A stretch of 64,000 bases of DNA. Source: Sedimentisphaerales bacterium. GTDB taxonomy: Bacteria; Planctomycetota; Phycisphaerae; Sedimentisphaerales; SM23-30. The DNA lies in assembly GCA_963663805.2 (NCBI GenBank), contig CAXXMR010000011.1, positions 32,001 to 96,000 of the forward strand, read 5' to 3'. The position numbers and the translations under genes were made by a program. Positions 49,247 to 58,929 of this stretch are shown one piece after another. Position 1 is the first letter of the stretch, and each line of letters begins with the position of its first letter. A model generated the notes under the pieces. That model was given only the letters and a program-made list of their open reading frames with translations, was not told where the DNA came from and did not search any database.

Positions 49247-50641
49247 ATGAAAGAAATAATCATAGATGGTTTTGCTGGCGGTGGCGGGGCCTCGACAGGT
49301 ATTGAATGGGCTTTAGGTCAACCGGTCGATGTGGCTGTCAATCACGACCCGTCTGCTATTATAATGCACTTATTTAACCATCCCCAAACTCGGCACTATT
49401 GCTGTGATATTTGGGAAGTCGACCCGGTGCAGGCATGTCAGGGTAAGCCTGTAGGATTAGCTTGGTTCAGTCCGGATTGTACGCATCACAGCAAAGCCCG
49501 TGGCGGCAAGCCGGTGGAGAAAAAGATTCGTGGTTTGGCATGGGTGGTGGTTCGCTGGGTCCGCAAGGTCAGGCCTCGTGTAATATGCCTTGAAAATGTC
49601 GAAGAATTTGCCGACTGGGGACCGCTCGATAAAAACAATAAACCTATAAAATCTCGCAAGGGTGAAACATTCAATCGTTGGAAGTCGCAACTTGAAGATA
49701 TTGGATACCGCGTCGAGTGGCGTATATTTTCGGCTTGTGATTATGGATCGCCCACCATACGAAAACGTCTGGTGCTTGTGGCTAGATGTGATGATGAGCC
49801 GATTGTCTGGCCGGCACCTACGCACGGTCCAGGCACAAACAAACCATATCGGACCGCTGCGGAATGTATTGATTGGAGTTTACCAACTCATTCGATTTTT
49901 ATGACTCAGGCAGAAGCTAAGGCTCAGGGGCTTAATGTTAGACGGCCATTGGCAGATAATACCATGCAGCGAATAGCCAGAGGCTTGCAGAAATATGTAT
50001 TTGAGGCAGAGCAGCCATTTATTGTTGGTATAGATAATAAGTCGGCTGGAACTTCATCCGTTTGGTCAGGCGATGAGCCGTTGCGAACTATCACAAAAGA
50101 GAATCGTTTTGCCTTGGTTGCCCCGTATCTAAGTAAATATCACGGGCTACAAGGCGAAGAATCGCGTTGTGGGCGTGTTGACGAACCGATTAAGACAATA
50201 GACACCTCTAACCGTTATGGGCTGGTTTCGGCTTTCCTGAGTAAGTTTTACGGCACTAACATAGGCTCTGGCTTAACTGAACCGGTTCCAACCGTAACAG
50301 CCACGGGCCAGCATTTGGCGGAGATTAGAGCATTTTTGATTAAATATTATGGCTCAAATATTGGACAAAAACTAGCTAGCCCCATACACACAGTAACCAG
50401 TAAGCCGCGATTCGGGCTGGTCACTGTTGCCGGCGTTCATTATCAAATCGTTGATATTGGGTTGCGAATGTTGACACCACGGGAGTTGGCCAGAGCACAA
50501 GGTTTTCCTGATTCATATTTTCTGACTGGTACTAAGTCTAACCAGGTCGCCAAAATAGGCAACAGCGTTTGCCCGCCATTGGCTGAGGCAATAGTTAAAG
50601 CAAATTATCAAGTGCGGAACATCCGCAGGAAGGTAGCGTGA
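49247..50641 (+). CDS. C5-cytosine DNA methyltransferase
   Basis: DGFAGGGG, SPDCTHHS, LENVEEF, PTIRKRL, LTPRELARAQGFP, IGNSVCP. Confidence 0.93.
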   Translation: MKEIIIDGFAGGGGASTGIEWALGQPVDVAVNHDPSAIIMHLFNHPQTRHYCCDIWEVDPVQACQGKPVGLAWFSPDCTHHSKARGGKPVEKKIRGLAWVVVRWVRKVRPRVICLENVEEFADWGPLDKNNKPIKSRKGETFNRWKSQLEDIGYRVEWRIFSACDYGSPTIRKRLVLVARCDDEPIVWPAPTHGPGTNKPYRTAAECIDWSLPTHSIFMTQAEAKAQGLNVRRPLADNTMQRIARGLQKYVFEAEQPFIVGIDNKSAGTSSVWSGDEPLRTITKENRFALVAPYLSKYHGLQGEESRCGRVDEPIKTIDTSNRYGLVSAFLSKFYGTNIGSGLTEPVPTVTATGQHLAEIRAFLIKYYGSNIGQKLASPIHTVTSKPRFGLVTVAGVHYQIVDIGLRMLTPRELARAQGFPDSYFLTGTKSNQVAKIGNSVCPPLAEAIVKANYQVRNIRRKVA

Positions 50642-50800
50642 ATGAAAGAAGAAAAACAAAAAAAACTCTTAGCCGCGGCCAGAAAACTGCTTCAGGCCTG
50701 GCCGGACCCCGACAATCCCGAAGGGGCCAAGATACCGGATTACATTCTTCAAGATTTACGCAAGGCCGTAGATGCGTTTGATGAGAACAAAAAACAATAA
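50642..50800 (+). CDS. Small hypothetical protein (52 aa, below the ORF-track cutoff)
   Basis: MKEEKQKKLLAAARKLLQAWPDP...KKQ*, starting directly after the methyltransferase stop. Confidence 0.5.
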   Translation: MKEEKQKKLLAAARKLLQAWPDPDNPEGAKIPDYILQDLRKAVDAFDENKKQ

Positions 50801-50859
50801 CGGCTATGGATGGCCGTAAATATCTAATTGCCAAGATTGGCAGGAAGCGAGGTTTCATT

Positions 50860-51450
50860 ATGAAACGAAGATGGATTGTAGTGGTGATGTTGTTGTTTGC
50901 GATAGCCATGTGTATGGCAGGGGGTGGCTGTAATTACAGCAGTCAGGAACGAATGGAGGCAGCCGAAAAAGCCCTTGAGCATTACGAGCAGGTGGCGGTA
51001 ACGATTGATAATAATATCACTCAGATTAAGGCCGCCATGGAGTTAATGCCAGATGATGCAAAACTCAAAACAATAATGACGGAGGCTTTGGTCGCCAAAG
51101 GCAAGATAGATACCGTTGTCGGCCAAACTAAAGAGTTAATTGCAGACATTGATAAAGGCGGCGGTATAGGCTCAGAGATTCAGGCTGGTGGTGCAGCAGT
51201 AAGCTCAGTTGGGGCAGTTCTGCCACCGCCCTGGAACGGGATAGCGGCTATTGCAGGTACACTACTCGGTGGAATTGGCACTTATATGGCCAAGGCGAAA
51301 AGTAAGGAGGCGGCGCTTAATGCGGCCAAGTATACGGCCCATAAGCAAGCTACCACCGAAGTGATGTTGACACAATCACCAGAAGTACAGCAAGCATTAT
51401 ACGCGAAAGTGGGCGAAAAACGAGCCAGTCTCGGCGTAACTGCTGCCTGA
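50860..51450 (+). CDS. Lipoprotein with coiled coil and C-terminal hydrophobic segment (spanin-like?)
   Basis: MKRRWIVVVMLLFAIAMCMAGGG-C; GIAAIAGTLLGGIGTYM. Confidence 0.65.
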   Translation: MKRRWIVVVMLLFAIAMCMAGGGCNYSSQERMEAAEKALEHYEQVAVTIDNNITQIKAAMELMPDDAKLKTIMTEALVAKGKIDTVVGQTKELIADIDKGGGIGSEIQAGGAAVSSVGAVLPPPWNGIAAIAGTLLGGIGTYMAKAKSKEAALNAAKYTAHKQATTEVMLTQSPEVQQALYAKVGEKRASLGVTAA

Positions 51451-51650
51451 CTGTCCGGCAAACATCTGGCCCAGGCTGATGGGGCCTGCAAGCCGGAAGC
51501 CGGACGAATTGTAATTGATTAACAAAGTCCATTTTATAACCAAAGTCCGGAAACCTCCCCGCATCCTCCGAAGGTGACAGAAATGAACCCCGGAAGGCTC
51601 TGCGGTGGGGGTTATTATCCAACAACATCGAGAAGCGAAAGGAATCGCGA

Positions 51651-52028
51651 ATGCAAAAGTCATTAAAAGTTCTGCTGTATCTTTCCCCGGATGAAGCTTA
51701 TGTCGAAGATATTGCTAATTACACCTATGGTCCTGGACTTCTTACAGTCAAGGACGGCCAGGTTGTAAAAGTAGGTGGCAAGGAAAGCGAACTAGACTCT
51801 GCGGTATTAAAAGTAAGAGGCGTAATGAGCCACTTGATTTCACTGGGATGGCAGGTTTACCGCCGCAAAAACTGTTATAAGTTGAGTGAGGAACATTACC
51901 TGTTAGTCCAATCAACTCTCGGCAAAGGCAAATGGCATCAAGACAAAGCCATGACCCCAAAGAATGTAAAAAAAGACTATTCTGTAAGAAAGAAATTACA
52001 AAGTATTGCGGAGGCAATGAAAAAATAG
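51651..52028 (+). CDS. Phage hypothetical protein (possible late regulator)
   Basis: AAAGGA RBS; basic; last gene before the late region. Confidence 0.6.
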   Translation: MQKSLKVLLYLSPDEAYVEDIANYTYGPGLLTVKDGQVVKVGGKESELDSAVLKVRGVMSHLISLGWQVYRRKNCYKLSEEHYLLVQSTLGKGKWHQDKAMTPKNVKKDYSVRKKLQSIAEAMKK

Positions 52029-52144
52029 CCTTATTTTTCAGCCAATAATAAGGTTTTCTATATTTATAGAAATGCTAAGCCATTTTTTTTGTATCTCATT
52101 CTTTTATGTGCCATGCTTGCATCATCGAAACGGAGCAAGCGAAT

Positions 52145-52756
52145 ATGGCACAGAGCCAACCCAAAGTTAAAACATTCCGACTGTCAGAGCTTAACCCAGC
52201 GGCTTACAATCCGCGGGTAATGTCGGACTCCGCACGTGAGGGGCTGGCCAAATCACTGGAGAAATTCGGATGTGTTGAACCAATTATCGTAAACGTCCGG
52301 GGAGGGGAGAATGTTATTGTCGGGGGTCATCAGCGTTACAGCATTCTGCTGGAAAAACACGGCCCCAGCCATAGATGCACCTGCGTAGCGGTCGACCTGA
52401 GCGAACCCGATGAAAAGCTGCTCAACCTCAGCCTCAATAATCCTCATATTCAGGGTGAGTTCAGCAACGATTTAGGGGAATATATTGCTGCTCTCAAGGG
52501 CTCATTGGAAAATGAGTGTGACTGTCTCGATTTGCGTATCAGTGATTTGCAAACAAGCATGGGCAGCATGGTTTTAGATGATGACTTTTTTGAGGACGGG
52601 GCAGTTAGCGGATTACTATCAAGCTCTGACGAAACCAGCATTACCTTTGTTTTTCCGACCAAGCAGGGAAAAATCGTCAATGCAGCGATAAAGTCTCAGG
52701 GTAAAGACTGGCTCACCAAACAAATCGTCTCAGTTTGCCGCAAGGAGGGAAAATAA
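52145..52756 (+). CDS. ParB/Srx N-terminal domain protein
   Basis: LSELNPAAYNPR...SLEKFGCVEPIIVN...IVGGHQR...LNLSLN. Confidence 0.9.
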   Translation: MAQSQPKVKTFRLSELNPAAYNPRVMSDSAREGLAKSLEKFGCVEPIIVNVRGGENVIVGGHQRYSILLEKHGPSHRCTCVAVDLSEPDEKLLNLSLNNPHIQGEFSNDLGEYIAALKGSLENECDCLDLRISDLQTSMGSMVLDDDFFEDGAVSGLLSSSDETSITFVFPTKQGKIVNAAIKSQGKDWLTKQIVSVCRKEGK

Positions 52757-53769
52757 TGCCCGGTTGCGGTTCTCAGGTCATTCTATGCGATATTCCTGTA
52801 CGGTTCGACACGTATAAAGGCTGCTCTCACGGCTGTAAATACTGCTTCACGGCCAAAAAATACGATATTCGGGATATTAAGCTCGGAGAGACGGAAAAGG
52901 CTCTGAGGGCATTTATAGAAGGCAAAAGGACGGGGGATATCAAGTGGTGCGATTGGGATATCCCGTTGCACTGGGGCGGCCTCTCAGATCCGTTCCAGCC
53001 TGTTGAGCTGGAGTATAAGAACAGCTATGAATGCCTGAAAATCTTTGCCGAAACTCAATATCCCTTTGTATTTTCAACCAAAGGCCATGTCGTAGCCCGG
53101 CCCGAATATCTGGAATTACTGTCCCGCTGCAACTGTGCCGGTCAAATATCCCTGACAACCCGCCGTTTTGTGGAAGCATTCGAGCCCGGAGCCCCCAGCT
53201 ATGATGAACGGCTGGAAATAGCCCGAAAAGTCGTCCCCAATGTCAAACGACTGATGATTCGAGTCCAACCCTATACCCCAGAGACCAAAGGTGAAATATT
53301 AGCCGCCCTGAGTACCTGGGCTGAGCTTGGAGCTTATGGAATTATCTTAGAGGGATTGAAGCTGCTCAAAAAGAAACCTCCTTGCACCGAACGAGTTGCC
53401 GGCGACTTCTGCATACCGCTGAAAACACTCAAGAAGCAATTTCAGGAAATCAAGGATGAATGTCATCGGGTTGGCCTGAAATTCTTCTGCGGAGAAAACC
53501 GGCTTCGCTCGATGGGGGATAGTCTATGCTGTTGTGGTGTGGATGGTATCGAAGGCTGGCAGGTCAATAAGGCCAACCTGAACCATATCTACTTTGACGA
53601 ACAGGTTAAATTCACCGACCGCATGAAAAGCCCGGCAACCGGCTCGGCATTTCGGGGAATGTGTCAGGCAACCGTAACAGGTCGGATTCTCAGAAATAAT
53701 TCTTTCAAGCAGAATATGACGGCATACGCCAAAGACAAAATCGGTCGGGAGATATATGGCCTGACATAA
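52756..53769 (+). CDS. Radical SAM protein, spore-photoproduct-lyase-like family
   Basis: DTYKGCSHGCKYCF (CxxxCxxC); GGLSDPFQPVE; STK; EPGAPSYDERL; TAATG coupling to parB. Confidence 0.88.
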   Translation: MPGCGSQVILCDIPVRFDTYKGCSHGCKYCFTAKKYDIRDIKLGETEKALRAFIEGKRTGDIKWCDWDIPLHWGGLSDPFQPVELEYKNSYECLKIFAETQYPFVFSTKGHVVARPEYLELLSRCNCAGQISLTTRRFVEAFEPGAPSYDERLEIARKVVPNVKRLMIRVQPYTPETKGEILAALSTWAELGAYGIILEGLKLLKKKPPCTERVAGDFCIPLKTLKKQFQEIKDECHRVGLKFFCGENRLRSMGDSLCCCGVDGIEGWQVNKANLNHIYFDEQVKFTDRMKSPATGSAFRGMCQATVTGRILRNNSFKQNMTAYAKDKIGREIYGLT

Positions 53770-53917
53770 CAACTTTGACAGATCGACGCGGGCGGTAAGT
53801 TTCGGCTTAACCGCCTGCAAAGCAAGCAGCAACTTGCTGAGCTTTTTTCGCGTCGAACATATCACTTAGCAGTACAGCAGTACCACAATAAGTTTCGGAG
53901 AGTAATGGTAGTAACAC

Positions 53918-54649
53918 TTGGCAGGGAAGGCAAGCAGTAATCAAGACATCCTGACAATCGCAACCAAACAAAGACATCTGACATTATTACGTAAAGTACA
54001 GAATAACAATGCTTTAACGAAAACGGAACTTCGAGAATTGGCAAGATTCGAGAAAAAACGAACCACCAGAAAAAAGACTCAGAAAAGGGAATACCCCTTG
54101 ACTGATAAGCAAAAGTGTTTTTGCCAAGAATACATCATCGACTTGAATGCAAAGCAGGCGGCGATACGGGCGGGATATAGCAAGCATTCCGCAGAAATAA
54201 CCGGTTCTAAGCTGCTAAGGAATCCCAAGGTATCAGATGAGGTAGCCAAACTCAAAAGTCAGCGTGGTGAACGCCTCGAAATTACCGCTGACTCCGTGGT
54301 TAAAGAGATTGCCAAAATCGGTTTCCAGAATATTGCCAACTACCTGCAGATGGCGGGCGATGATGAAGGCTATATCTCGATGGAGGTACTGAACAATCTC
54401 ACGCCTGAGCAGACGGCCTGTATTGCCGAGATCACAGAATATGAGACCGACACCGGTCGCAAACGCTTTAAATTCAAGCTGCATGACAAATTGAAGGCTT
54501 TGGAGCTGCTGGGTCGGCATTTAGGCATATTTAACGACAATCTTAATCTGAAACTGCCAGAAGGATGCGGTGTTTTAGTTGCACCACAGGCGATAGATAA
54601 AGACGAATGGTCGAAAATGGCTTCCCAGAAAAAGGTGAACGGCAAATGA
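53918..54649 (+). CDS. terS: Terminase small subunit
   Basis: LTDKQKCFCQEYIIDLNAKQAAIRAGYS...KLHDKLKALELLGRHLGIF. Confidence 0.92.
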   Translation: MAGKASSNQDILTIATKQRHLTLLRKVQNNNALTKTELRELARFEKKRTTRKKTQKREYPLTDKQKCFCQEYIIDLNAKQAAIRAGYSKHSAEITGSKLLRNPKVSDEVAKLKSQRGERLEITADSVVKEIAKIGFQNIANYLQMAGDDEGYISMEVLNNLTPEQTACIAEITEYETDTGRKRFKFKLHDKLKALELLGRHLGIFNDNLNLKLPEGCGVLVAPQAIDKDEWSKMASQKKVNGK

Positions 54650-56085
54650 AATGGAAATTAGCAATATTTATCAGCATTATCGGGATGGTGGCTATGATTG
54701 CTAACGCTACGGCTGCACCTACTGTTGTTTGGCGGCCTCAGCCCGGTAGTCAGGCTCATTTTATGAGTTGTCCGGTATTTGAATGCTTATTTCATGGTAC
54801 AAGAGGGCCGGGGAAAACAGATGCCTTGTTGATGGATTATGCCCAGTTTGTTGGTAAAGGCTTTGGTTCTGCATGGCGTGGTGTGCTGTTCAGGCAGGAA
54901 TATCCAGACCTTGAGGACGTCATAGAAAAAGGTCTTAAGTGGTTTCCGAGAATTTTTCCCGGTGCTAAATATAATGATGGAAAGCACAAATGGCGATTCC
55001 CAACCGGTGAAATACTGCTATTTAGGCACGCACGTCGTGAAGCTGACTATTGGAAATATCATGGCCATGAATATCCTTGGGTTGCATGGGAAGAATTGAC
55101 AAACTGGGCCGATGATAAACTTTATCTTAAGATGATGTCTGTGTGCCGGTCTTCAAAGTCTGGAATACCACGGCATTATCGAGCCACTTGTAATCCCTAC
55201 GGTCCCGGTCATAACTGGGTAAAAGCTCGATTCATTGATGAAGCACCACCGGGTGTAATCATTAAAGGGGAGAATGGTCTTGAGCGTTGCCACCTGTTTG
55301 GCAGTATCTACGAAAATAAAATCTTGATGAAGTCCGACCCGGACTACATTAGAACGCTCGAAAATGGCACTGAGGCCCAAAAGAGGGCTTGGCTGCATGG
55401 TGATTGGGATATTGTAGCTGGTGGCGTTTTTGATGATGTTTGGGACCGGGATGTTCACGTTATAGAACCTTTCGCTATTCCCAGCACCTGGCGTGTCAAC
55501 CGTTCGTTTGACTGGGGTTCTGCCAGACCCTATTCGGTCGGCTGGTGGGCTGAATCAGATGGTTCAGATATTAAGCTCAATGACGGCACAACCCACAGTA
55601 CCAAGCGGGGAGATTTATTTCGTATCGCCGAGCTTTACGGCTGGAATGGTAAGCCTAACGAGGGCACCAGAGAGCTTGCTACTGAGGTCGCTCGCAAGAT
55701 CGTAAAAGCCGAAAAGGGAATGGGCTATCGGGTATCGCCCGGCCCGGCTGATACTTCGATTTATGATGTCAACAACGGCAACTGTATTGCTGATGACATG
55801 TCAAGAATTGGCGTTAGATGGACCACGGCTGATAAGCGTCCGGGAAGCCGGGCTAACGGGCTTGAGAAGCTCAGGGAGCGACTTAAAAACACTATAACCG
55901 GTGATGGTCCGGGTTTATTTATATTCAGCACGTGCAGGCAGTTTATTCGCACTGTGCCGGTTTTGCCCCAAGATACCAATAAGCCGGAAGATGTTGATAC
56001 GAATGCTGAAGACCATGTTTACGATGAGTGCAGATATAGAGTACTTGCAAAAACTCACAGCTTCACAACTGATACTAATTTCTAA
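54646..56085 (+). CDS. terL: Terminase large subunit
   Basis: WRPQPGSQ, GTRGPGKT, WEELTNW, ATCNPYG, FDWG, EDHVYDECRY. Confidence 0.93.
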   Translation: MKWKLAIFISIIGMVAMIANATAAPTVVWRPQPGSQAHFMSCPVFECLFHGTRGPGKTDALLMDYAQFVGKGFGSAWRGVLFRQEYPDLEDVIEKGLKWFPRIFPGAKYNDGKHKWRFPTGEILLFRHARREADYWKYHGHEYPWVAWEELTNWADDKLYLKMMSVCRSSKSGIPRHYRATCNPYGPGHNWVKARFIDEAPPGVIIKGENGLERCHLFGSIYENKILMKSDPDYIRTLENGTEAQKRAWLHGDWDIVAGGVFDDVWDRDVHVIEPFAIPSTWRVNRSFDWGSARPYSVGWWAESDGSDIKLNDGTTHSTKRGDLFRIAELYGWNGKPNEGTRELATEVARKIVKAEKGMGYRVSPGPADTSIYDVNNGNCIADDMSRIGVRWTTADKRPGSRANGLEKLRERLKNTITGDGPGLFIFSTCRQFIRTVPVLPQDTNKPEDVDTNAEDHVYDECRYRVLAKTHSFTTDTNF

Positions 56086-56094
56086 GGATTGGCA

Positions 56095-56379
56095 ATGGCC
56101 GAAAGATCAAATGACATTTTGAATTGGGTTGGCAAATTAGGATGGTTAATTGGCTTGGTGGCAGGGGCAAGCATTACCTGGGGTGTGCTCACCAGCGACG
56201 TGGAAAACTGCAAGAAAGATGTCAACAGCCTCAAAACTGAGGTCAAAACCTCCTATGTAAGAAAAGAGGTTTTTGACCTGTATCGTGAGAATACTCAGCG
56301 AGAGTTGGGCGAAATCAAACAAATGCTGTGCGAGCTTAACAGCAAAATGGACAAGGTTGTCGGATTAAAGAATGACTAA
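56095..56379 (+). CDS. Small membrane protein with coiled coil
   Basis: N-terminal hydrophobic helix LGWLIGLVAGASITWGVL. Confidence 0.6.
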   Translation: MAERSNDILNWVGKLGWLIGLVAGASITWGVLTSDVENCKKDVNSLKTEVKTSYVRKEVFDLYRENTQRELGEIKQMLCELNSKMDKVVGLKND

Positions 56380-57766
56380 TCAAGAAGCACAAGTTAATAC
56401 CCCGTGCCTGGCTTACAATCGTATGGCTAAACGCTGGTCTCTGATTGATGACCTGTTGGGCGGTACGCTTGCAATGCGTGAAGCTGGAAAGAAGTGGTTG
56501 CCCAAAGAGCCCAGAGAAGAAGAATCTGCTTATCAAGTACGGCTTGACCGTGCCGTTGTGTTTGGGGCCTATAGTGACACAGTCAATACTTTGAGTGGCA
56601 AGCCCTATCGGAAACCCATCACCCTAACCGATAGTCTCTCTGGTCAATTGGAGATTATCAGAGATAATGTTGATGGTAACGGGGCATCCCTTGAGCAATT
56701 CGGGCAAGCGTTAATCAGCGAAGGTATAAATCGGGGGATAGTGCATATCTTGGTAGATTATCCAGCGACTGCCGATAAAACTGGCAAAACTCCCAACCTC
56801 AAACAGGAACGGGATAATGGTATCAAGCCTAACTTTATACTCATCTCGGCCAAAAACCTCATAGGGTGGAGATTTGAGGGTGATAGGCTGGTAGAAATCC
56901 GTATACGTGAAGTGTCCACTGAACCGGACGGTCAATGGGGTGAAAAGGAAGTCGAACGCATCCGGGTTTACGGTATCAACGATTGGAAGCTATATCGTCA
57001 GACTGACAAAAAAGATGGCTGGATAGTTGAAAATAGCGGTACTCATACATTTGGAGACGTGCCGCTAATCTCCATTTATTTGAATCGCACTGGATTAATG
57101 GAAGCCCGGCCTTGTCTGGAAGATTTGGCATGGACTAATTTAGCCCATTATCAATCGAGTAATGACCAGCGTAATTGTCTGCGGTTTGTGCGGGCCGCTG
57201 TCCTGGGCATGGTGGGGCTAACTGAAGATGAGATGGCGAAAGAAATCGTCGTCGGTCCAATGCGAGTTATTCGCTCTACCAATCCAGAGGCTAAAATCGA
57301 ATGGATTGAACATAGCGGGGCCGGTTTGGAGTCCGGGGAAAAGGACATTCAGCGGCTTGAAGACCAAATGGAAGTTCAGGGCTTGCAGCCTTTGGTACGC
57401 AAATCGGGTGGCCAGACAGCCACCGGCAAGGCAATCGACGCCGACAACTCTGAATCTGACATGCAATCTTGGGTAAGAGTCTTAGAGAAGGGAATCAAGA
57501 AGGCTTACGAATATGCAGCCAAGTGGATTAAAGCAGAATTGCCCGATGATTTTTCGGTAGATATTTATTCAGATTTCGGCCTTTCGGTTCGGGCCATTGA
57601 AGACATTAAAACTCTACAGTCTGCAAGATTATCCGGTGATTTGAGCCGGGAAACTTTCCTGAAGGAAATGAAACGCCGGGCCATTCTGGGTGAAGGGCTG
57701 GATGTCCAGGAAGAAATTGACCGTATCGAAAGCGAAGGCCCGGCTTTGGGCGGAGGTGGTGAATAA
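56372..57766 (+). CDS. Portal protein (DUF4055-like)
   Basis: LLGGTLAMREAGKKWLPKEPRE..AYQVRL, NVDGNG, ILVDYP, LAHYQS, LSRETF; follows terL. Confidence 0.88.
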   Translation: MTNQEAQVNTPCLAYNRMAKRWSLIDDLLGGTLAMREAGKKWLPKEPREEESAYQVRLDRAVVFGAYSDTVNTLSGKPYRKPITLTDSLSGQLEIIRDNVDGNGASLEQFGQALISEGINRGIVHILVDYPATADKTGKTPNLKQERDNGIKPNFILISAKNLIGWRFEGDRLVEIRIREVSTEPDGQWGEKEVERIRVYGINDWKLYRQTDKKDGWIVENSGTHTFGDVPLISIYLNRTGLMEARPCLEDLAWTNLAHYQSSNDQRNCLRFVRAAVLGMVGLTEDEMAKEIVVGPMRVIRSTNPEAKIEWIEHSGAGLESGEKDIQRLEDQMEVQGLQPLVRKSGGQTATGKAIDADNSESDMQSWVRVLEKGIKKAYEYAAKWIKAELPDDFSVDIYSDFGLSVRAIEDIKTLQSARLSGDLSRETFLKEMKRRAILGEGLDVQEEIDRIESEGPALGGGGE

Positions 57767-58855
57767 TGGTTGCTATTGCCTCTGCTGCTATGCCTCCCGC
57801 CAATGACATTATCGCCGACAATGCGATTAGACACCGCTTTACAGCTTGAGCGTTATAAATCCCATGTTGTTAAAGAAATCCTCACATTGCTTAAAGATGA
57901 CGTTTTTAATGATGTTGTAGAAAAGCTTGGCTAAGACTAACAACATAAATACGATTAAGGCGAGGGAAGACCTGATACGCAGTATTAATAAACTGGTGGC
58001 AGCCGGCTACAGGTCTATGGGCGAAAAGCTCGAAGCTGAATTGCTCGACTTTGCTGTAACAGAATCAGAATGGCAAGCGGCCACAATCAGAAACGCTGCT
58101 CCCATAAATGTGGATGTACTGACACCGCCACCGGCTCTAATAAAATCAATTGTAACCAAATCACCAATACAAGGTAGATTTGTCAGTGATTGGGTTGAGG
58201 GATTAGCCAAAGGCACTCAGGAAAAAATCGCCCAGCAATTGCGCATCGGTATTGCCGAAGGTGAATCTATCCCGGTAATGGTCAGGCGAATTCGTGGCAC
58301 AAAAGCCGCCCAATATGCAGACGGCATATTACAGATTAGCCGTAGAAACGCCGAGGCTGTTGTCAGAACTTCGGTGGCTGGCGTTTCCACTAATTGTCGT
58401 GACGAAATGTATAAGGCCAATAGCGACGTAATTAAAGGGGTTCAGTACGTTGCGACGCTTGACAATCGGACCACGCCCATTTGCATGGGGCTTGACGGCA
58501 GGGTGTTCGATATTGGCAAAGGCCCCAGACCTCCCCAGCATTGGAACTGCCGGTCAACTACTGCCCCGGTACTCAAATCGTGGAAGGAGATGGGCATTGA
58601 CGCTAAAGAAGCCCCACCCAGTACCAGAGCGTCTATGGATGGGCAGGTATCAGAGCGTTTGACTTATGGAAAATGGCTCAAAAAACAACCTATTGACATT
58701 CAGAATGATGCTCTGGGCATAACCAAGGCTAGACTATTTGAGAAGCAACAAGGGTGAAAATTGACCGTTTTGCTAATCAAAGAGGTAGAACTCTAACCCT
58801 TGCAGAACTGCGTAAACGTGAAGGATTAAGTGTATCGGATGTAAGCAGGCAGTAA
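57766..58855 (+). CDS. Minor head protein (Mu gpF/SPP1 gp7-like), frameshifted
   Basis: AEAVVRT, VATLDNRTTPIC, PPQHWNCRST, TYGKWLKKQP. Confidence 0.85.
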
Positions 58856-58882
58856 GTGAATGCCTGCAATTAAAATAGATTA

Positions 58883-58929
58883 GGACGGGATGTCCGAGAG
58901 CGGGAAGCTCTTAAAAATGGCGGGAAGCC
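58883..58929 (+). promoter_or_regulatory. Three tandem hairpins with GGGA(A/T) loops in the scaffold gene leader
   Basis: GGAC-GGGAT-GTCC, AGAGC-GGGAA-GCTCT, GGC-GGGAA-GCC, directly before the AAAGGA RBS. Confidence 0.6.

Noticed and set aside
51455..51500. c-di-GMP-I riboswitch or hammerhead ribozyme
   Set aside because: GGCAAAC...GCAAGCC and CTGATG are suggestive, but the GNRA tetraloop/receptor and the CTGANGA...GAAA core are missing.
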